DNA of 64,000 bases, from IMG/VR virus record IMGVR_UViG_3300045999_007505; one strand, written 5' to 3'. The notes beneath the pieces are model-generated. The model worked only from the letters and a program-made list of their open reading frames with translations, made no database searches and was not told the origin of the DNA. A program made the position numbers and the translations under genes. This DNA comes from a virus. Below are positions 1 to 10,090 of this stretch, in pieces; position 1 is the first letter of the stretch; every line of letters starts with the position of its first letter.

Positions 1-677
1 TTCATCGATGGGCAATATGGAGATGAATCAGTTGAATTATTCATGCAATCAATAATAAGTTGAATTGCATCATCAACGGACCAAAAGAATCTTGTTGCAT
101 CTGGTGCAGTAACGATAACTTCTTTACCTGCAGTAATCAAATCTTTCCATTTGCAAAGTACTGATCCCGTTGAATATAAAACATTTCCATAGCGTACGGT
201 ACGATACATTACATTAGGATTAAGTTCTTCATATTGTTTAATTGCACGTTCCATTAAAAATTTTGTAGCACCATATACGCCAGCTACTTGTGCAGCTTTA
301 TCAGTCGATACCGATAATACAAATTTTAATGTGTCATGATTTAATGAATGTTCTAAAATATTCAATGAACCTATTACATTGGTTTTAATGTTTTCTCTAA
401 CAAATTTTTCTGCTAAGCCTACATGTTTAGATGCTGCTAAATGAAATACACCAGTAACATTTTGCATTGCTTGTCGTACCTCAAATGAATCAGAAATGTC
501 ACCTGTATATATTTCAACAGCTGGATATTTTTCTTTTAGTTCTATTAATTTTCCTTCGTCTCTACTAATTACTCGGACTAATCCGCCTTGTTGTAAAATA
601 TATTTTACTAATGGTTGTCCTAAAAATCCAGAGCCACCCGTTACTAAATATAATTTTTTATTTTCAATTGTTATCAT
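1..677 (-). CDS. NDP-sugar 4,6-dehydratase/epimerase (PseB/CapD-like), runs off window start
   Basis: Manual translation from ATG at 677: MITIENKKLYLVTGGSGFLG...HLAASKHV...TNVIGSLN...STDKA...YGATK...VRYGNV; missing from the ORF track because it is truncated. Confidence 0.85.
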   Translation of the reverse strand, partial: MITIENKKLYLVTGGSGFLGQPLVKYILQQGGLVRVISRDEGKLIELKEKYPAVEIYTGDISDSFEVRQAMQNVTGVFHLAASKHVGLAEKFVRENIKTNVIGSLNILEHSLNHDTLKFVLSVSTDKAAQVAGVYGATKFLMERAIKQYEELNPNVMYRTVRYGNVLYSTGSVLCKWKDLITAGKEVIVTAPDATRFFWSVDDAIQLIIDCMNNSTDSSPYCPSM

Positions 678-679
678 GT

Positions 680-1306
680 TTATCCTAGTTTTGAATATAA
701 GTTATTTTGTTTTATTTGTTTTTCAATTGTTTTTGGATGATATAATGAATAATCTTCTTCTATTGGTAACGTTGCATATTTCGTAAAACCTTGTAATACT
801 TCATGCACTTTATTTTTCCAAGTAATGGTATCGTCATTGCGATAAATCCTCCATTGATAATCTGGCCAATTGATCCACCCATGATCATTGACATTCCAAC
901 CCCATTGTTGCATGTGATCTTGATCTATACCTTCCACAGTATTTACTCTAGGTACTAGCATAACATCTACTGTAGAATTAGTTTCTAATATATTTGGTAG
1001 TTGTTCTATTAAAGTTTTATTTGGTATTTCGTCTGCATCAATTTGAAAAATGTAATCTCCAAAACAATATGATGATAATTTGTTTTTCCAATCTGCAAAA
1101 TGTCCTTCAAACTCACCTTTATGCCAAGAAAATTCTCCGTTAATAGAATTAGCCCGCAAAAATGATTCTATTTCAAAGTCTCCATTCTTTGCATCATATA
1201 AAACAACAATATTATCCTGTATTCTTTTATTTTCTAATAAGAATCTTATTAATCGTTGAATTTCTATAAATTCATTACAAACAGTAATGGCATAAGTTAT
1301 TTTCAT
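680..1306 (-). CDS. Glycosyltransferase family 2 (GT-A)
   Basis: ITYAITVCNE N-terminus, IFQIDADE DxD motif, WPDYQWRIYRN...VHE. Confidence 0.85.
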   Translation of the reverse strand: MKITYAITVCNEFIEIQRLIRFLLENKRIQDNIVVLYDAKNGDFEIESFLRANSINGEFSWHKGEFEGHFADWKNKLSSYCFGDYIFQIDADEIPNKTLIEQLPNILETNSTVDVMLVPRVNTVEGIDQDHMQQWGWNVNDHGWINWPDYQWRIYRNDDTITWKNKVHEVLQGFTKYATLPIEEDYSLYHPKTIEKQIKQNNLYSKLG

Positions 1307-2541
1307 GAGTTAATTTTTTCTAATTTTGGTAACTTTAATTCTACAGCTTTTGGTATTTTATTAATATCAATATCGGCAATATTTAATACTTTTTCATATG
1401 CTGAAAAAACAGCTGTTTTAGTAAATGTTGTATTAGCAAAGTAACGTTGTCGTTTAGCTAATTCTAACCATTTTTTATAATTTTTTTCAACCTCTTTAAA
1501 CATTTTGCCAGCATATGTATAATCCGGTGTAAACCATTTTGCATCTGCAATTAAAAATTCATTTTGGGCAGATGGATGAATTTCGGTTAATCCGCCCGGC
1601 AATGCACAAATAAATTCTTTTTTAAGAAAATCTGATTGTCCTGAGTAATGTGGTGCGATAATTGGTTTACCAGTAGTTGCAAATTCTAATAATGGTCGAC
1701 CATATCCTTCTGCTTTAGTAAATGATACCATAGCTTTTACTTTAGAATGGTTGTAAAGCAAATTCATTTCTTCATCTGCTAAATCGCCGTGCAGCAAATA
1801 TACATTAGGTAATTTTGCATTATCAAATAAGTCTCGAATTTGATTGATTTTTGATTCAATTTCAATTCGATCCATCACTGAATACGTTGCGCCGCTTGTT
1901 TTTAAAACAAGTGCAGGTGCATCTTTTTGATTCTTATATGTATTAAAAAAACAATGCAACAATCCGCTAATATTTTTTCTGTCTTCGCCCATTTGTCCTT
2001 GCAACCAATGTCCTACTGATAAAAATGCAAATGATTCTGTAATTTGATCTAAGATCGATAATTGACCTTCTATATTATTGTTAAAAATAGTTTCATCAAA
2101 ATATTCTGGTATTACTTCAATTTGAGTTGTTATAATTTTATTATGTTTTTTTGCAGAATTTTCAAATACCTGTTTTGTAAAGTTGCTAGGAACAATTATC
2201 AAATGCATCGTATTTAATTTGTCAATCCAATCTGCGGGACAAATATCACCTTCAGTTCCCGCAGTCACTCCGATATTATATTTACCGACAGCTTGAAATT
2301 CATTTGGCACCGTAATCTGAACCCAAATATCTGGCTGATATGTTATTGGCATCGGAATAATTCGCTGATTCCAATCTTGCGGTATTGGATATGTAAATGG
2401 AGTATGTCCCCATGGCAATGAAAGCAATTTAATATCCCATTCGTTGCCTCGTTGTTCTATAAAATTTGTAATTATCTCTCGAGCATGATGACCATACCCC
2501 GATTGTGTTGCTACTGGTGACGCTATAACTACTGTTCGCAT
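1303..2541 (-). CDS. Glycosyltransferase GT-B/GT4
   Basis: SGYGHHAR, DRKN, EGYGRPLLEF (EX7E) motif. Confidence 0.85.
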   Translation of the reverse strand: MRTVVIASPVATQSGYGHHAREIITNFIEQRGNEWDIKLLSLPWGHTPFTYPIPQDWNQRIIPMPITYQPDIWVQITVPNEFQAVGKYNIGVTAGTEGDICPADWIDKLNTMHLIIVPSNFTKQVFENSAKKHNKIITTQIEVIPEYFDETIFNNNIEGQLSILDQITESFAFLSVGHWLQGQMGEDRKNISGLLHCFFNTYKNQKDAPALVLKTSGATYSVMDRIEIESKINQIRDLFDNAKLPNVYLLHGDLADEEMNLLYNHSKVKAMVSFTKAEGYGRPLLEFATTGKPIIAPHYSGQSDFLKKEFICALPGGLTEIHPSAQNEFLIADAKWFTPDYTYAGKMFKEVEKNYKKWLELAKRQRYFANTTFTKTAVFSAYEKVLNIADIDINKIPKAVELKLPKLEKINS

Positions 2542-4025
2542 ACTATTCCTGTTTTTTCGTATTGTTTTGGTGTAACTTTATTTAATGTATATCGAGGACG
2601 AGACATTTGTTTTGCAACAAACATATAATCAATCATTTCAATCATTTTTTCGCCCATTTGGTGTGCCGTTAGACCATTCTCCATTGCCCATTGTCTACCC
2701 GCTAGACCCCGCGTACCTCTTTCTAATTTAGACATATTATACCAATAACGAATTGCAGCTGCCACATCTTCATATTTACATCTATCGTCAAAAATATATG
2801 GTGTAGCTGGCGAGCCTTGCAAGCTTCTGTTACTTGGAAATACTGGTTTTACCCAAGATCCATGTATTTTGTATTTTCCTGTGTGATTAGTTGCAAAATC
2901 GCCATTGAATCTAATCCATTCGCCATTTTCATCCGTAAACCCACATTGGTCTTGCAATCCGCCCGTAACATTATTAATAATTGGAGTACCTGATAATATA
3001 GCTTCGGTTGAACTAAGTCCCCAACCTTCATTAGATCCAATATTAACTACAACATCAGCTACATTATATAATGCATTTAAATCTTGCGGCGTAAGTTTTT
3101 GTTCAGAAAATATTATTTTACAGTCTGGAGCTAAGGTTTTATATACAGCTCGTAAATCTGTACCATTTTCATCAACAACTTGAGTATGCATTAGCAATGC
3201 AACACGTTGTTTTTGTTCTTCTGGTAACCCATCAACAAATGTTTTGAATGCTAATATAACATCGCCTGGTTGTTTTCGTCTAATATTTCGATTATTCCAA
3301 AATACTACAAAATCTACATCATTTTTAGTTTTGATGTTGTCATACATTTGTTTGTATGCCGGATTGGTAGATTCTAATGGTTTAAATGTATTATGATTCA
3401 AGCCGTGAGGAACAAACCCGGTAATAACTTGATTCCAATTTATATCTTGGGGCAATGAATCGCCATCATCATAATTTACAATATCAAATCCATTTTGCGT
3501 AAGAACTTCGCGATGAATATTATCAGATTGTTTGCTAATACCCATAATTAAATCGCAACTTGCATAATACGGAGCATTCCACATTGGATAAGGTAAATCA
3601 TCCCAAATTGAATAATAAACTATGGGAATATTGTATGTTGTTTTAATTTCATGTTCAATAGCATACAACCATGTCCAATATCTAGGATCGGTAAAATGAA
3701 ATATTGCATCGGGCCGTTCTTGATTAATTAATGCAAACAATATGTTGCGATCGCCATATCCTGACCATGGAATTATTTTTACCGATGCATCTTCAATGCC
3801 CGTTTCTTGTGCAACATGTTGTGATAAATCAACTCCGCGACCATGTTCAGGATGTTGTAATGCTGCACCTAATTGTATCCAATCATAATGATGTACGGTG
3901 TTAAAAATAATTTCTCGGCTAATTGTTCCGATGCCAGATGGCAATCGAAAATCGTCTGCTAACAATAAAATTTTCTTTTTCTTGGGCTTGTTAGGGTCGA
4001 TCTTTTTTAATTTTGGTAACTGCAT
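2529..4025 (-). CDS. Glycosyltransferase GT-B/GT4
   Basis: RNIRRKQPGD, NEGWGLSSTEA (EX7E), TGGLQDQ. Confidence 0.85.
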   Translation of the reverse strand: MQLPKLKKIDPNKPKKKKILLLADDFRLPSGIGTISREIIFNTVHHYDWIQLGAALQHPEHGRGVDLSQHVAQETGIEDASVKIIPWSGYGDRNILFALINQERPDAIFHFTDPRYWTWLYAIEHEIKTTYNIPIVYYSIWDDLPYPMWNAPYYASCDLIMGISKQSDNIHREVLTQNGFDIVNYDDGDSLPQDINWNQVITGFVPHGLNHNTFKPLESTNPAYKQMYDNIKTKNDVDFVVFWNNRNIRRKQPGDVILAFKTFVDGLPEEQKQRVALLMHTQVVDENGTDLRAVYKTLAPDCKIIFSEQKLTPQDLNALYNVADVVVNIGSNEGWGLSSTEAILSGTPIINNVTGGLQDQCGFTDENGEWIRFNGDFATNHTGKYKIHGSWVKPVFPSNRSLQGSPATPYIFDDRCKYEDVAAAIRYWYNMSKLERGTRGLAGRQWAMENGLTAHQMGEKMIEMIDYMFVAKQMSRPRYTLNKVTPKQYEKTGIVCEQ

Positions 4026-4045
4026 TTATTTCCTTGTAACTTTAT

Positions 4046-4054
4046 TATAAATAT
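4046..4054 (-). promoter_or_regulatory. Late-type promoter motif ATATTTATA upstream of the glycosyltransferase cluster
   Basis: Same motif precedes the structural genes; followed by AAGGA SD and ATG at 4025. Confidence 0.7.
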
Positions 4055-4057
4055 GGT

Positions 4058-4462
4058 TTAACCTAGTATAACCACCGGTTTTTGTAATTTTTTAGTTCTA
4101 GTCCATGCTGTTTGCAATACTGGATCTAATTGTGTTTGATTGCTTAAAATCATCATGTAATCACATCGTTCTGCAATAAGTTGCATGCGGTGATGTAATT
4201 GTGAAAAGTGATATGGTTTTCCGTAATATGATTCTGGCATTGCTGAGTACATGTTATGTCCTGAAAATGACGGATTGTATTCTTCATATTGCAAACCAAA
4301 TTCCAATGTATACTTTCTAACCATACTATTAGCTCCTTCGTTGCCACCTGCACCAACAACAATCAAGTCATCTCCAAACTTCTTTTTTACAAGTTGCAAA
4401 GTTTCTTGTATTTTTCTTTTATTCTGCCAATCTGTATTTCCGATTATTGCAATTCTTTTCAT
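4058..4462 (-). CDS. SLOG/YspA-like (DUF2493) protein
   Basis: RIAIIG...IVVGAGG.EGA Rossmannoid pattern, C-terminal KPVVIL. Confidence 0.6.
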   Translation of the reverse strand: MKRIAIIGNTDWQNKRKIQETLQLVKKKFGDDLIVVGAGGNEGANSMVRKYTLEFGLQYEEYNPSFSGHNMYSAMPESYYGKPYHFSQLHHRMQLIAERCDYMMILSNQTQLDPVLQTAWTRTKKLQKPVVILG

Positions 4463-4677
4463 TGTCGTTCTCGTACAAATTTAACACCCTTTGGATAATG
4501 TCCGTATACAAAACGAAGCATATGTTCCAATGTTTTTCTATTTTCTTTATGATCAGGTCCATCTACATTGGTGCATAATGCATATTCCATTGTGCATGTA
4601 CGTTTACCGCCCCAAGATGCATGATTTTGCATTTCGAATTCGTAAACATATACGTGTTTATGTCGCCAATTAATCAT
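4459..4677 (-). CDS. Hypothetical protein
   Basis: 72-aa ORF, ATGA overlap with the next gene, promoter directly upstream. Confidence 0.6.
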   Translation of the reverse strand: MINWRHKHVYVYEFEMQNHASWGGKRTCTMEYALCTNVDGPDHKENRKTLEHMLRFVYGHYPKGVKFVRERQ

Positions 4678-4682
4678 ATCTT

Positions 4683-4711
4683 ATTATAATGAATTTTATT
4701 CACGAATCCTA
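4683..4711 (-). promoter_or_regulatory. Sigma70-like promoter TAGGAT-N17-TATAAT
   Basis: One of nine sites with an exact 17-nt spacer. Confidence 0.6.
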
Positions 4712-5649
4712 TTTTCTTTAGGACAACGTTCATAATCAGTTTTGAATGGACAATATTTGCAATTAACTGCACCCTTACCGGCAACAGCTACATAGTTTCT
4801 ATCAGCATTCTTAGTACCTTCGGAATCAAAACATGCATCAACAAATGATTCAATTTGACGCTGAACTTTCTTTTGTGTTACAGACCCAGCTGCTGGTTTA
4901 TGATTTTGAATACGCTTTTGTGGAAACATTGATTCTTCAACGATTTTGCGTTTAACAATAAAGAATTCAACTTCAATCTTTTCGCGCGGCACACCAAACT
5001 GTTCTGCAAAGTAATTTTTATATGCAATTAATTGTGCCGATTTCATTGCATCTGATTTGGCATTTTGCTTCCAACCATTGCGAGATGTTTTAATGTCAAA
5101 CAATTTGAAAGTATTGGTAGGTACATGTCGCATAACAACATCAATGAATCCATACCAATATACTGATGGGTTGTGAGGAGATGCTTGATGACATAATTCA
5201 ATTTCAATGCCTACCAATTCCCAATCTTTGCTTGAAAAATATTGTCCTCTTCGTTTGCTAAACCATTGTAAAATAGCAGCACCGTCTTCTAGGTATTCTG
5301 CCAACTGTAAAGGATTGGAAAAATGTTCTCCACCAAACTCTTGTACACATCGTGCATATTCTTCTCGAAGTTTGTTTTGCAATATTCCACGTAAATCTAA
5401 GCTTTCTGCTTTCTTAACGGATTCTGTATACATTACGGTTAAGAAATACTGAAATGTCTCATGGAATGCCGTTCCAAACACTGTTTCAATTGAAGCCTGG
5501 AACGGCGCTAAACCATCGATATATGATAATTTCCAAGAAAGTGGGCAACGTTCATACATTGACCATTGCGAATAAGAAATCTTTCTTGGTACGGATGCCG
5601 CATCTCGTACTGCTAATCTATATACTGGATTAATATAAGTGCCTTTCAT
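4696..5649 (-). CDS. PD-(D/E)XK nuclease, Cas4/AddB-like
   Basis: ISYSQ...CP, FGTAFHE, GFIDVV...DIKTS, QLIAY, C-terminal CKYCPF...C. Confidence 0.8.
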   Translation of the reverse strand: MKGTYINPVYRLAVRDAASVPRKISYSQWSMYERCPLSWKLSYIDGLAPFQASIETVFGTAFHETFQYFLTVMYTESVKKAESLDLRGILQNKLREEYARCVQEFGGEHFSNPLQLAEYLEDGAAILQWFSKRRGQYFSSKDWELVGIEIELCHQASPHNPSVYWYGFIDVVMRHVPTNTFKLFDIKTSRNGWKQNAKSDAMKSAQLIAYKNYFAEQFGVPREKIEVEFFIVKRKIVEESMFPQKRIQNHKPAAGSVTQKKVQRQIESFVDACFDSEGTKNADRNYVAVAGKGAVNCKYCPFKTDYERCPKENRIRE

Positions 5650-5654
5650 AATCT

Positions 5655-5683
5655 ATTATATGAAATTATTTATAAGAATCCAA
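5655..5683 (-). promoter_or_regulatory. Sigma70-like promoter TTGGAT-N17-TATAAT
   Basis: Exact motif 5 nt upstream of the nuclease start. Confidence 0.7.
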
Positions 5684-5869
5684 TTGTTCTTTTACATAAA
5701 TGTCGATTAAGTCTTTGGTTTTTGATAGATCTTGTGCAAATGAACCTTTGTGACGGCATCTTACAATGCGTTTAATGATATCGAATTCATAAGCATTCAA
5801 GCCCCACTCTTCTGCAAATTTATAAAGGCTATCCTTGCCTTTGTAATGTGTTTGTGTATTTACGCTCAC
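5666..5869 (-). CDS. DUF3310/SaV-like small protein
   Basis: THYKG...IIKRIVRCRHKG...QDLSK pattern. Confidence 0.6.
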   Translation of the reverse strand: MSVNTQTHYKGKDSLYKFAEEWGLNAYEFDIIKRIVRCRHKGSFAQDLSKTKDLIDIYVKEQLDSYK

Positions 5870-6315
5870 TTGATTCCTTTCAACATTTTCTTTTTTTCTG
5901 CATCACTATATCCATACATTGTTATGATACGTTCTAATGCAACTTTATCTAATAAGTCTGCATAATCTCCAGCTTCTGATTTGCTAACTTGATAATGTTC
6001 TGCAAGTTGTGCAATTAAATCTTTATCAAATTTATCTTCAGACTTTCCTTTGATATATTTTGCAAAGCTTTTATTGGTTGGCAGTAATTCATAGTACAAA
6101 CGATATGTTTCTTGTGGTCTAAGTAATCCAATTGTATATGTTTGTAACTCATTGACCAATTCCGTTAATTCCATTCGCATTGACAACCAACGATTAACAA
6201 TAAATGGAGAAAATTTCTTTTGATCTGTTTCAGACCATTTTTTCCATTCACGTTTTTTATCCGTTACCCCACCAATAAAATCAAAAATTGTTGCACCTTT
6301 CTTTTCTTCTGCCAT
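5866..6315 (-). CDS. Clamp loader small subunit (T4 gp62-like)
   Basis: FSPFIVNRWLSM...VNELQ...KYIK; near gp44 and gp45 homologues. Confidence 0.65.
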   Translation of the reverse strand: MAEEKKGATIFDFIGGVTDKKREWKKWSETDQKKFSPFIVNRWLSMRMELTELVNELQTYTIGLLRPQETYRLYYELLPTNKSFAKYIKGKSEDKFDKDLIAQLAEHYQVSKSEAGDYADLLDKVALERIITMYGYSDAEKKKMLKGIK

Positions 6316-6318
6316 TTA

Positions 6319-6534
6319 TTATAATTTATATTTTTTACGATATTGTTCTTCCAATTGTTTGCCTATGCCTAATTCTAAAATCACAGCAGCATCAGGAACA
6401 CCTATAATACGCTTTGCATCTAAAATATCATCTATAGATTTATTGCGAAACGTTTTCATTTTTGTACGTGCATTGCTACGATCCGATGTTTTAAACACAA
6501 TCGTTACTGTGCTTTTGTGATAAGATATGGACAT
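6319..6534 (-). CDS. Hypothetical protein
   Basis: 71-aa ORF abutting both neighbours. Confidence 0.6.
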   Translation of the reverse strand: MSISYHKSTVTIVFKTSDRSNARTKMKTFRNKSIDDILDAKRIIGVPDAAVILELGIGKQLEEQYRKKYKL

Positions 6535-6752
6535 TATTTTTTAACTTTAATTGGTTGAAATTCTTCCGGAATGCATCCGCAATCATCGCATCTAAATACC
6601 GGAACGGGTACCATAGTGTCTTTATCGGCACCTGTTAAGAATTTAGATACTTTGTTAATTGCCATTACTTGACGAAAATACATTCCGTCACATTCTTTAC
6701 ATGTAATTGGTTGCATATCATTTGGACCAATATTAACATTCAATTTACTCAT
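6534..6752 (-). CDS. Small zinc-ribbon protein
   Basis: CKEC...CDDCG. Confidence 0.6.
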   Translation of the reverse strand: MSKLNVNIGPNDMQPITCKECDGMYFRQVMAINKVSKFLTGADKDTMVPVPVFRCDDCGCIPEEFQPIKVKK

Positions 6753-7675
6753 AATTCTCCTAATAAATTTACAAACATTGCCATTATGTTAATTTCTTTA
6801 TCTACCACACTTGCATCTTTGAATTGAGATTCTGCAATAATCAAAATGCATGGAGCAATATGACCATGGGCAAAATCATCCAAATTGTCATAAAGAAATG
6901 TATATAATGGAGTAAAATCTTTTACTTTGCTATCTGCAATCGTTTGACGTATTTTGTTAAATGCCGCTTTTTTATCTTTGGCATTTTTCAAAACTTCTAA
7001 TACTTCCGTCATATAATTTGCTTGAATTGCACTTGCTTTATCCAATTGCAAATTACCATTAACAACAGATGCTTGTGCTGCATTAATTGCTCGACGAATA
7101 TCCGGGTATGATGCATTGATAATTGCAGCAACATCTTTGATGTCATAACTAACACCTTTCTCATCTAATACTGAAACCAATCGCTTTGCTACATCTGATT
7201 TACTTGGAGGTGTAATAGCAAATGTTTGACAACGTGATTGAATTGGATCAATAATCTTTTCAACATAGTTACACGTTAAAATAAAACGAGTTGTTTTGCT
7301 ATACGTTTCCATCAAATTGCGAAGTGCAGCTTGAGCATTTGGCGTTAAATAATCTGCCTCATCTAAAATAATGATTTTCCAACGACGAAATCCAACTGTA
7401 GATGCATAACGCTTAATCTTATCTCGTACAGCATCTACCGAGTTTTCATCGGATGCATTAATATACATTAAATCTGCATCTACGCTGTTTGCAATTATTT
7501 TTGCCAACGTTGTTTTACCTGTTCCAGCTGATCCATAAAATAATAGATGCGGAACATCACCATTTGCGATAAAAATCTTAACTTTTTCGATAATGTGTTC
7601 ATTGCCAATATATCCTTCTAAGGTGTCTGGGCGAAATGACTCTACCCAAAGTGTATTTTCTTGTTGTCCAATCAT
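6749..7675 (-). CDS. Clamp loader AAA+ subunit (T4 gp44/RFC small subunit)
   Basis: LWVESFRP, GSAGTGKTT, INASD, LDEAD, SRC. Confidence 0.95.
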   Translation of the reverse strand: MIGQQENTLWVESFRPDTLEGYIGNEHIIEKVKIFIANGDVPHLLFYGSAGTGKTTLAKIIANSVDADLMYINASDENSVDAVRDKIKRYASTVGFRRWKIIILDEADYLTPNAQAALRNLMETYSKTTRFILTCNYVEKIIDPIQSRCQTFAITPPSKSDVAKRLVSVLDEKGVSYDIKDVAAIINASYPDIRRAINAAQASVVNGNLQLDKASAIQANYMTEVLEVLKNAKDKKAAFNKIRQTIADSKVKDFTPLYTFLYDNLDDFAHGHIAPCILIIAESQFKDASVVDKEINIMAMFVNLLGEL

Positions 7676-7676
7676 A

Positions 7677-8105
7677 TTATTTGCCTGTTGATCCGAATCC
7701 GTGTTGTCCTCGTTTTGTTCCCGATAATGACTCAGTTAATTGCCATTCAATTCGCTCTACTCGTGCCATTACCAATTGTGCTATGCGCTCACCTTTAGCA
7801 AATTCAACAACTGTGCTGCTATGATTCATTAAAATAACACCAATTTCTCCTCGATAATCAGCATCAATGGTTCCTGGAGTATTTAAAACGGTTACTCCTT
7901 GTTTCAATGCCAATCCGCTACGAGGCCTAACTTGAATTTCAAAGCCCGCAGGTATTTCTACATATAAACCAGTTTTTGCTAAAACTCGTTCTCCCGGATT
8001 CATAACAATATGTTCTGTACATCTTACATCCATACCGGCACTCTGAGGAGTTTCATATGCCGGTAACATGTTTAATGATTCGTTTATTACTTGTACTATC
8101 ATCAT
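7677..8105 (-). CDS. dut: Trimeric dUTPase
   Basis: SAGMD, RPRSGLA, GTIDADYRGE, ERIAQL, RGQHGFGSTG. Confidence 0.97.
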   Translation of the reverse strand: MMIVQVINESLNMLPAYETPQSAGMDVRCTEHIVMNPGERVLAKTGLYVEIPAGFEIQVRPRSGLALKQGVTVLNTPGTIDADYRGEIGVILMNHSSTVVEFAKGERIAQLVMARVERIEWQLTESLSGTKRGQHGFGSTGK

Positions 8106-8106
8106 A

Positions 8107-8817
8107 TTAATTCTGTAACATTACTAACCAATAGGTTGATTCAAAATCTGCACCTGTAAATGCAATTCGAGCTAAACCATCTGGAGATACTTTCAATTCT
8201 CCGCTATCTCCGCGATTTGCTACTAATACTTCTTTTAATTTGTCTGCTGAGAAACAAACCGGATCCATTGAATCTAATGCGGTTGGACCTACTTCAAATG
8301 AAATATTATCTGCATTAACTGTGGTATAATTGATAATGAATTTAACTTGTCCATTAACAACTTGCACTGCAAAGTTTTTAGCATCTGGTAAGGCATTTTT
8401 TGCTTTGATAAATTTGCTAACAAATTCGTCATTAACCGGAATAGTAACTTCATAATTTGGTTCTGCATTGATTGATGGTACCGCAGGAATAACTGTCGTG
8501 TCAGCTAACATAAAAGTTGCCTGTGTGCTACCTTCTGAAATTTTCATTGCATAATTCTTACCAGCTGCATCTTTAACATCGATTGTGATATTTTCACCTA
8601 ATGCTCCTAGCATTTTTATTAATGCACCGGTATGATTAATGCCTAACATGCCCGTCATAAATGGTGATGTATTCCATTTGATTTTACCTACGACGGTTTG
8701 ATCCATATCGATCAATTCGCACCCAATTGAATCTGTTTGTTCTTTTAAAATAACCGCTTCGCAATTTCCTGCTAAATAATAACGATTAATGAACGATTGT
8801 AACTTGCTTTTTTCCAT
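8107..8817 (-). CDS. Sliding clamp (T4 gp45/PCNA-like)
   Basis: 236 aa, C-terminal ELKVSPDGLARIAF...STYWLV; adjacent to the clamp loader. Confidence 0.7.
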   Translation of the reverse strand: MEKSKLQSFINRYYLAGNCEAVILKEQTDSIGCELIDMDQTVVGKIKWNTSPFMTGMLGINHTGALIKMLGALGENITIDVKDAAGKNYAMKISEGSTQATFMLADTTVIPAVPSINAEPNYEVTIPVNDEFVSKFIKAKNALPDAKNFAVQVVNGQVKFIINYTTVNADNISFEVGPTALDSMDPVCFSADKLKEVLVANRGDSGELKVSPDGLARIAFTGADFESTYWLVMLQN

Positions 8818-8830
8818 TATTTATTCCAAT

Positions 8831-10090
8831 TTAAAATGTAAAGAATTTATTAAAATTTTCCGCATCAGTGGTTGATATACTACTACCACCGAATTTTTTA
8901 TATGTTTTGATGTATTTTTCATATACTTGAGGAGCTGAGTCTGGATCAGCAAACATTTCATGTAAAGATAAAATTACATCATATAAGTCTCTTGGTATCA
9001 CCGTTTCTAACAATTCAACGTGACTATCAACCATTTGATTGATTTCATTTGCTGCTTGTACATACAAATGCGTATTGTGAACTACCATTCTTGGCATTGC
9101 TTCTTGCGAATAACGATCCAATCCGGCATCTGTCTTACCACCTAAATATTCATATGTAAAATCCGTACAAGCTGGACATCCCATAGAACAAGGAACGTGT
9201 TGAGTTAAATCGATTGCAACCTCTCCGGTTTTTCCTTGCTTGATATGCGACTTTCTTCGATATTCGGCATTCTTTGGAAAATACAATTCAGAAAATGTTT
9301 GTGACTTGTAATTCGTTGAATGAAGATATGTTCCAAATACTGGATATTGTCCTGGAGATGAAGAATCCGTTGTAATATAAATTCTATTATCTGTTAATTC
9401 ATTCATCAACTTTTGCAATGTAGCCAAAATAAAGAAATCTGAAATTTTACTAATGCCAAGTAAGTGAACATACTCTAATCGTTTATTTTCAAATTCTCGC
9501 TCTTTAAGCATCAAAGAAACCGCAAACATGAAATCAACTAATTTCTGCGGACCTCCAATCGCCCAACCTTGAAAATCAAAATGCTTAAATTTGTGATACC
9601 ACCAAGTATACTCATCTGCATTTGAACCTTGCAACATGTTTAAGAATTTTGTCTTGCCGCTTTGATGTTTTTCAAACCAAGCAAAATTGTCAAAACTAAT
9701 GTCAGCACATAGTGCAAATTGATTTTTATATTTTGTTTTAGGCGGAATATCTAAGTTAGCTGCAACATCGCTGTTTGCTTCTAACCAATGAAAAATCTTT
9801 TCTCGTAATTCATTGCTATACGGTAATGCACCAGTTGCAATCTGATAACCACCTGAGTCACCAAATACTAGCACATCTTTTTCTAATCCTAGCTGATCGC
9901 GGAAATCCATTTTCTTGTAATGATGCCCTGCCGTAACCAGAAAGTATGGATGTCTCCAATCTGCAGGATATCTAGAATCAAAGAATTTTACCGGATCGCC
10001 GCTTGTAAATTTCATATCTTTCTTGAATGCAGATACCATGCTGCCTGCAGACAAAGATGGAAAGTATATGAATCTTTTATTTTCGCTCAT
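8831..10090 (-). CDS. dpdA: TGT-family transglycosylase, probable DNA 7-deazaguanine inserter (DpdA-like)
   Basis: FGDSGGYQ, LDIPP, LQG, WAIGG, HLLG, DSSS, Zn site CSMGCPAC...HN; folE/queD/queE in the same genome. Confidence 0.75.
   Translation of the reverse strand: MSENKRFIYFPSLSAGSMVSAFKKDMKFTSGDPVKFFDSRYPADWRHPYFLVTAGHHYKKMDFRDQLGLEKDVLVFGDSGGYQIATGALPYSNELREKIFHWLEANSDVAANLDIPPKTKYKNQFALCADISFDNFAWFEKHQSGKTKFLNMLQGSNADEYTWWYHKFKHFDFQGWAIGGPQKLVDFMFAVSLMLKEREFENKRLEYVHLLGISKISDFFILATLQKLMNELTDNRIYITTDSSSPGQYPVFGTYLHSTNYKSQTFSELYFPKNAEYRRKSHIKQGKTGEVAIDLTQHVPCSMGCPACTDFTYEYLGGKTDAGLDRYSQEAMPRMVVHNTHLYVQAANEINQMVDSHVELLETVIPRDLYDVILSLHEMFADPDSAPQVYEKYIKTYKKFGGSSISTTDAENFNKFFTF

Noticed and set aside
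4696-5649. Cas4-like nuclease as part of a CRISPR system
   Set aside because: No repeat-spacer array or other cas genes are visible; solo Cas4-like nucleases are common in phages
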